Assembly: GCA_035295165.1 (NCBI GenBank)
Contig: DATGJN010000061.1
Span: forward strand, 5,908-69,907
Length of the DNA: 64,000 bases
Source: a bacterium
GTDB taxonomy: Bacteria > Sysuimicrobiota > Sysuimicrobiia > Sysuimicrobiales > Segetimicrobiaceae
Reading direction: 5' to 3'
Below, piece after piece: positions 63,833 through 64,000 of this stretch (the first letter of the stretch is position 1; each line of letters starts with the position of its first letter). A program made the position numbers and the translations under genes. The notes beneath the pieces are model-generated. The model was not told where the DNA came from and did not search any database. It saw only the letters and a program-made list of their open reading frames with translations.

Positions 63833-64000
63833 GCCGCGCCATACCGAGCACCAGGTGACCGACGAGGCGGAGCATCACGGCCGGAAAATCCCCGACCGGG
63901 ACGTGCTTAGACATGGTCGCGCACGAATGGCCGATGGCGGAGATCAGGCCCTCCGAGTTCGCGGAGCCACGCCTGCGCGGTCTCGCGTAGACGCCGAAGT

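Noticed and set aside
1-64000. CRISPR arrays, rRNA genes, intact IS elements or prophage structural modules
   Set aside because: No regularly spaced direct repeats of 25-40 nt, no rRNA-like conserved stretches, and no transposase or capsid/terminase-length ORFs were seen. Only short remnants (integrase, IS66 TnpB, DUF5681) are present.

Overview
The window has two compositional parts. Positions 1 to about 47,600 are very high-GC (about 70% by eye) and tightly packed. Many gene pairs overlap by ATGA/GTGA, and GTG starts and Tat-type signal peptides are frequent. This looks like core chromosome of an uncultured high-GC bacterium; I cannot name the phylum from the sequence. It encodes: two ABC importers (a peptide/nickel-type one with no ATPase genes, and a complete PotA-type one); an M20 amidohydrolase; an aconitase, a URO-D-like protein and a PLP-dehydratase; an Nramp-family permease preceded by a soluble MgtE-N/CBS protein; DNA-repair genes (nth, a short mutY-like gene, ogt); fabI, ggt and ndk; a dehydratase / KDPG-aldolase / KDG-kinase sugar-acid module; a fused heme A synthase / heme O synthase; NDH-2; and an OmpR/histidine-kinase pair. 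From about 47,640 to the right edge, GC drops to roughly 50-62% by eye and the content becomes accessory and partly decayed. It holds a tRNA-Asn 3'-half remnant beside a frameshifted integrase fragment, fragments of HD-GYP, IS66 TnpB, DUF5681 and an alcohol dehydrogenase, and frameshifted SRAP and DUF1801 genes. These are mixed with intact stress and other genes: OsmC, MscL, GlsB, an ATP-grasp amidoligase, MFS, PlsC-like, a VOC protein, a metallophosphoesterase-HAD fusion with an RpiR regulator, and an unknown 300-aa protein. I found no rRNA, no intact canonical tRNA and no CRISPR array. The best candidate for something new is the translationally coupled pair at 14,942-17,523: a stand-alone MgtE-type cytosolic Mg2+-sensor domain protein plus an Nramp permease carrying NRMT-type (Mg2+) metal-site substitutions. 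Other items worth a second look are a tRNA-like structured element at 54,020-54,132, a DnaA-box cluster at about 4,360-4,392, a perfect 34-nt palindrome inside an ABC operon, and an 0.8-kb gene-free structured leader at 26.0-26.8 kb. All calls come from reading the ORF translations and the DNA by eye. No database search was run.
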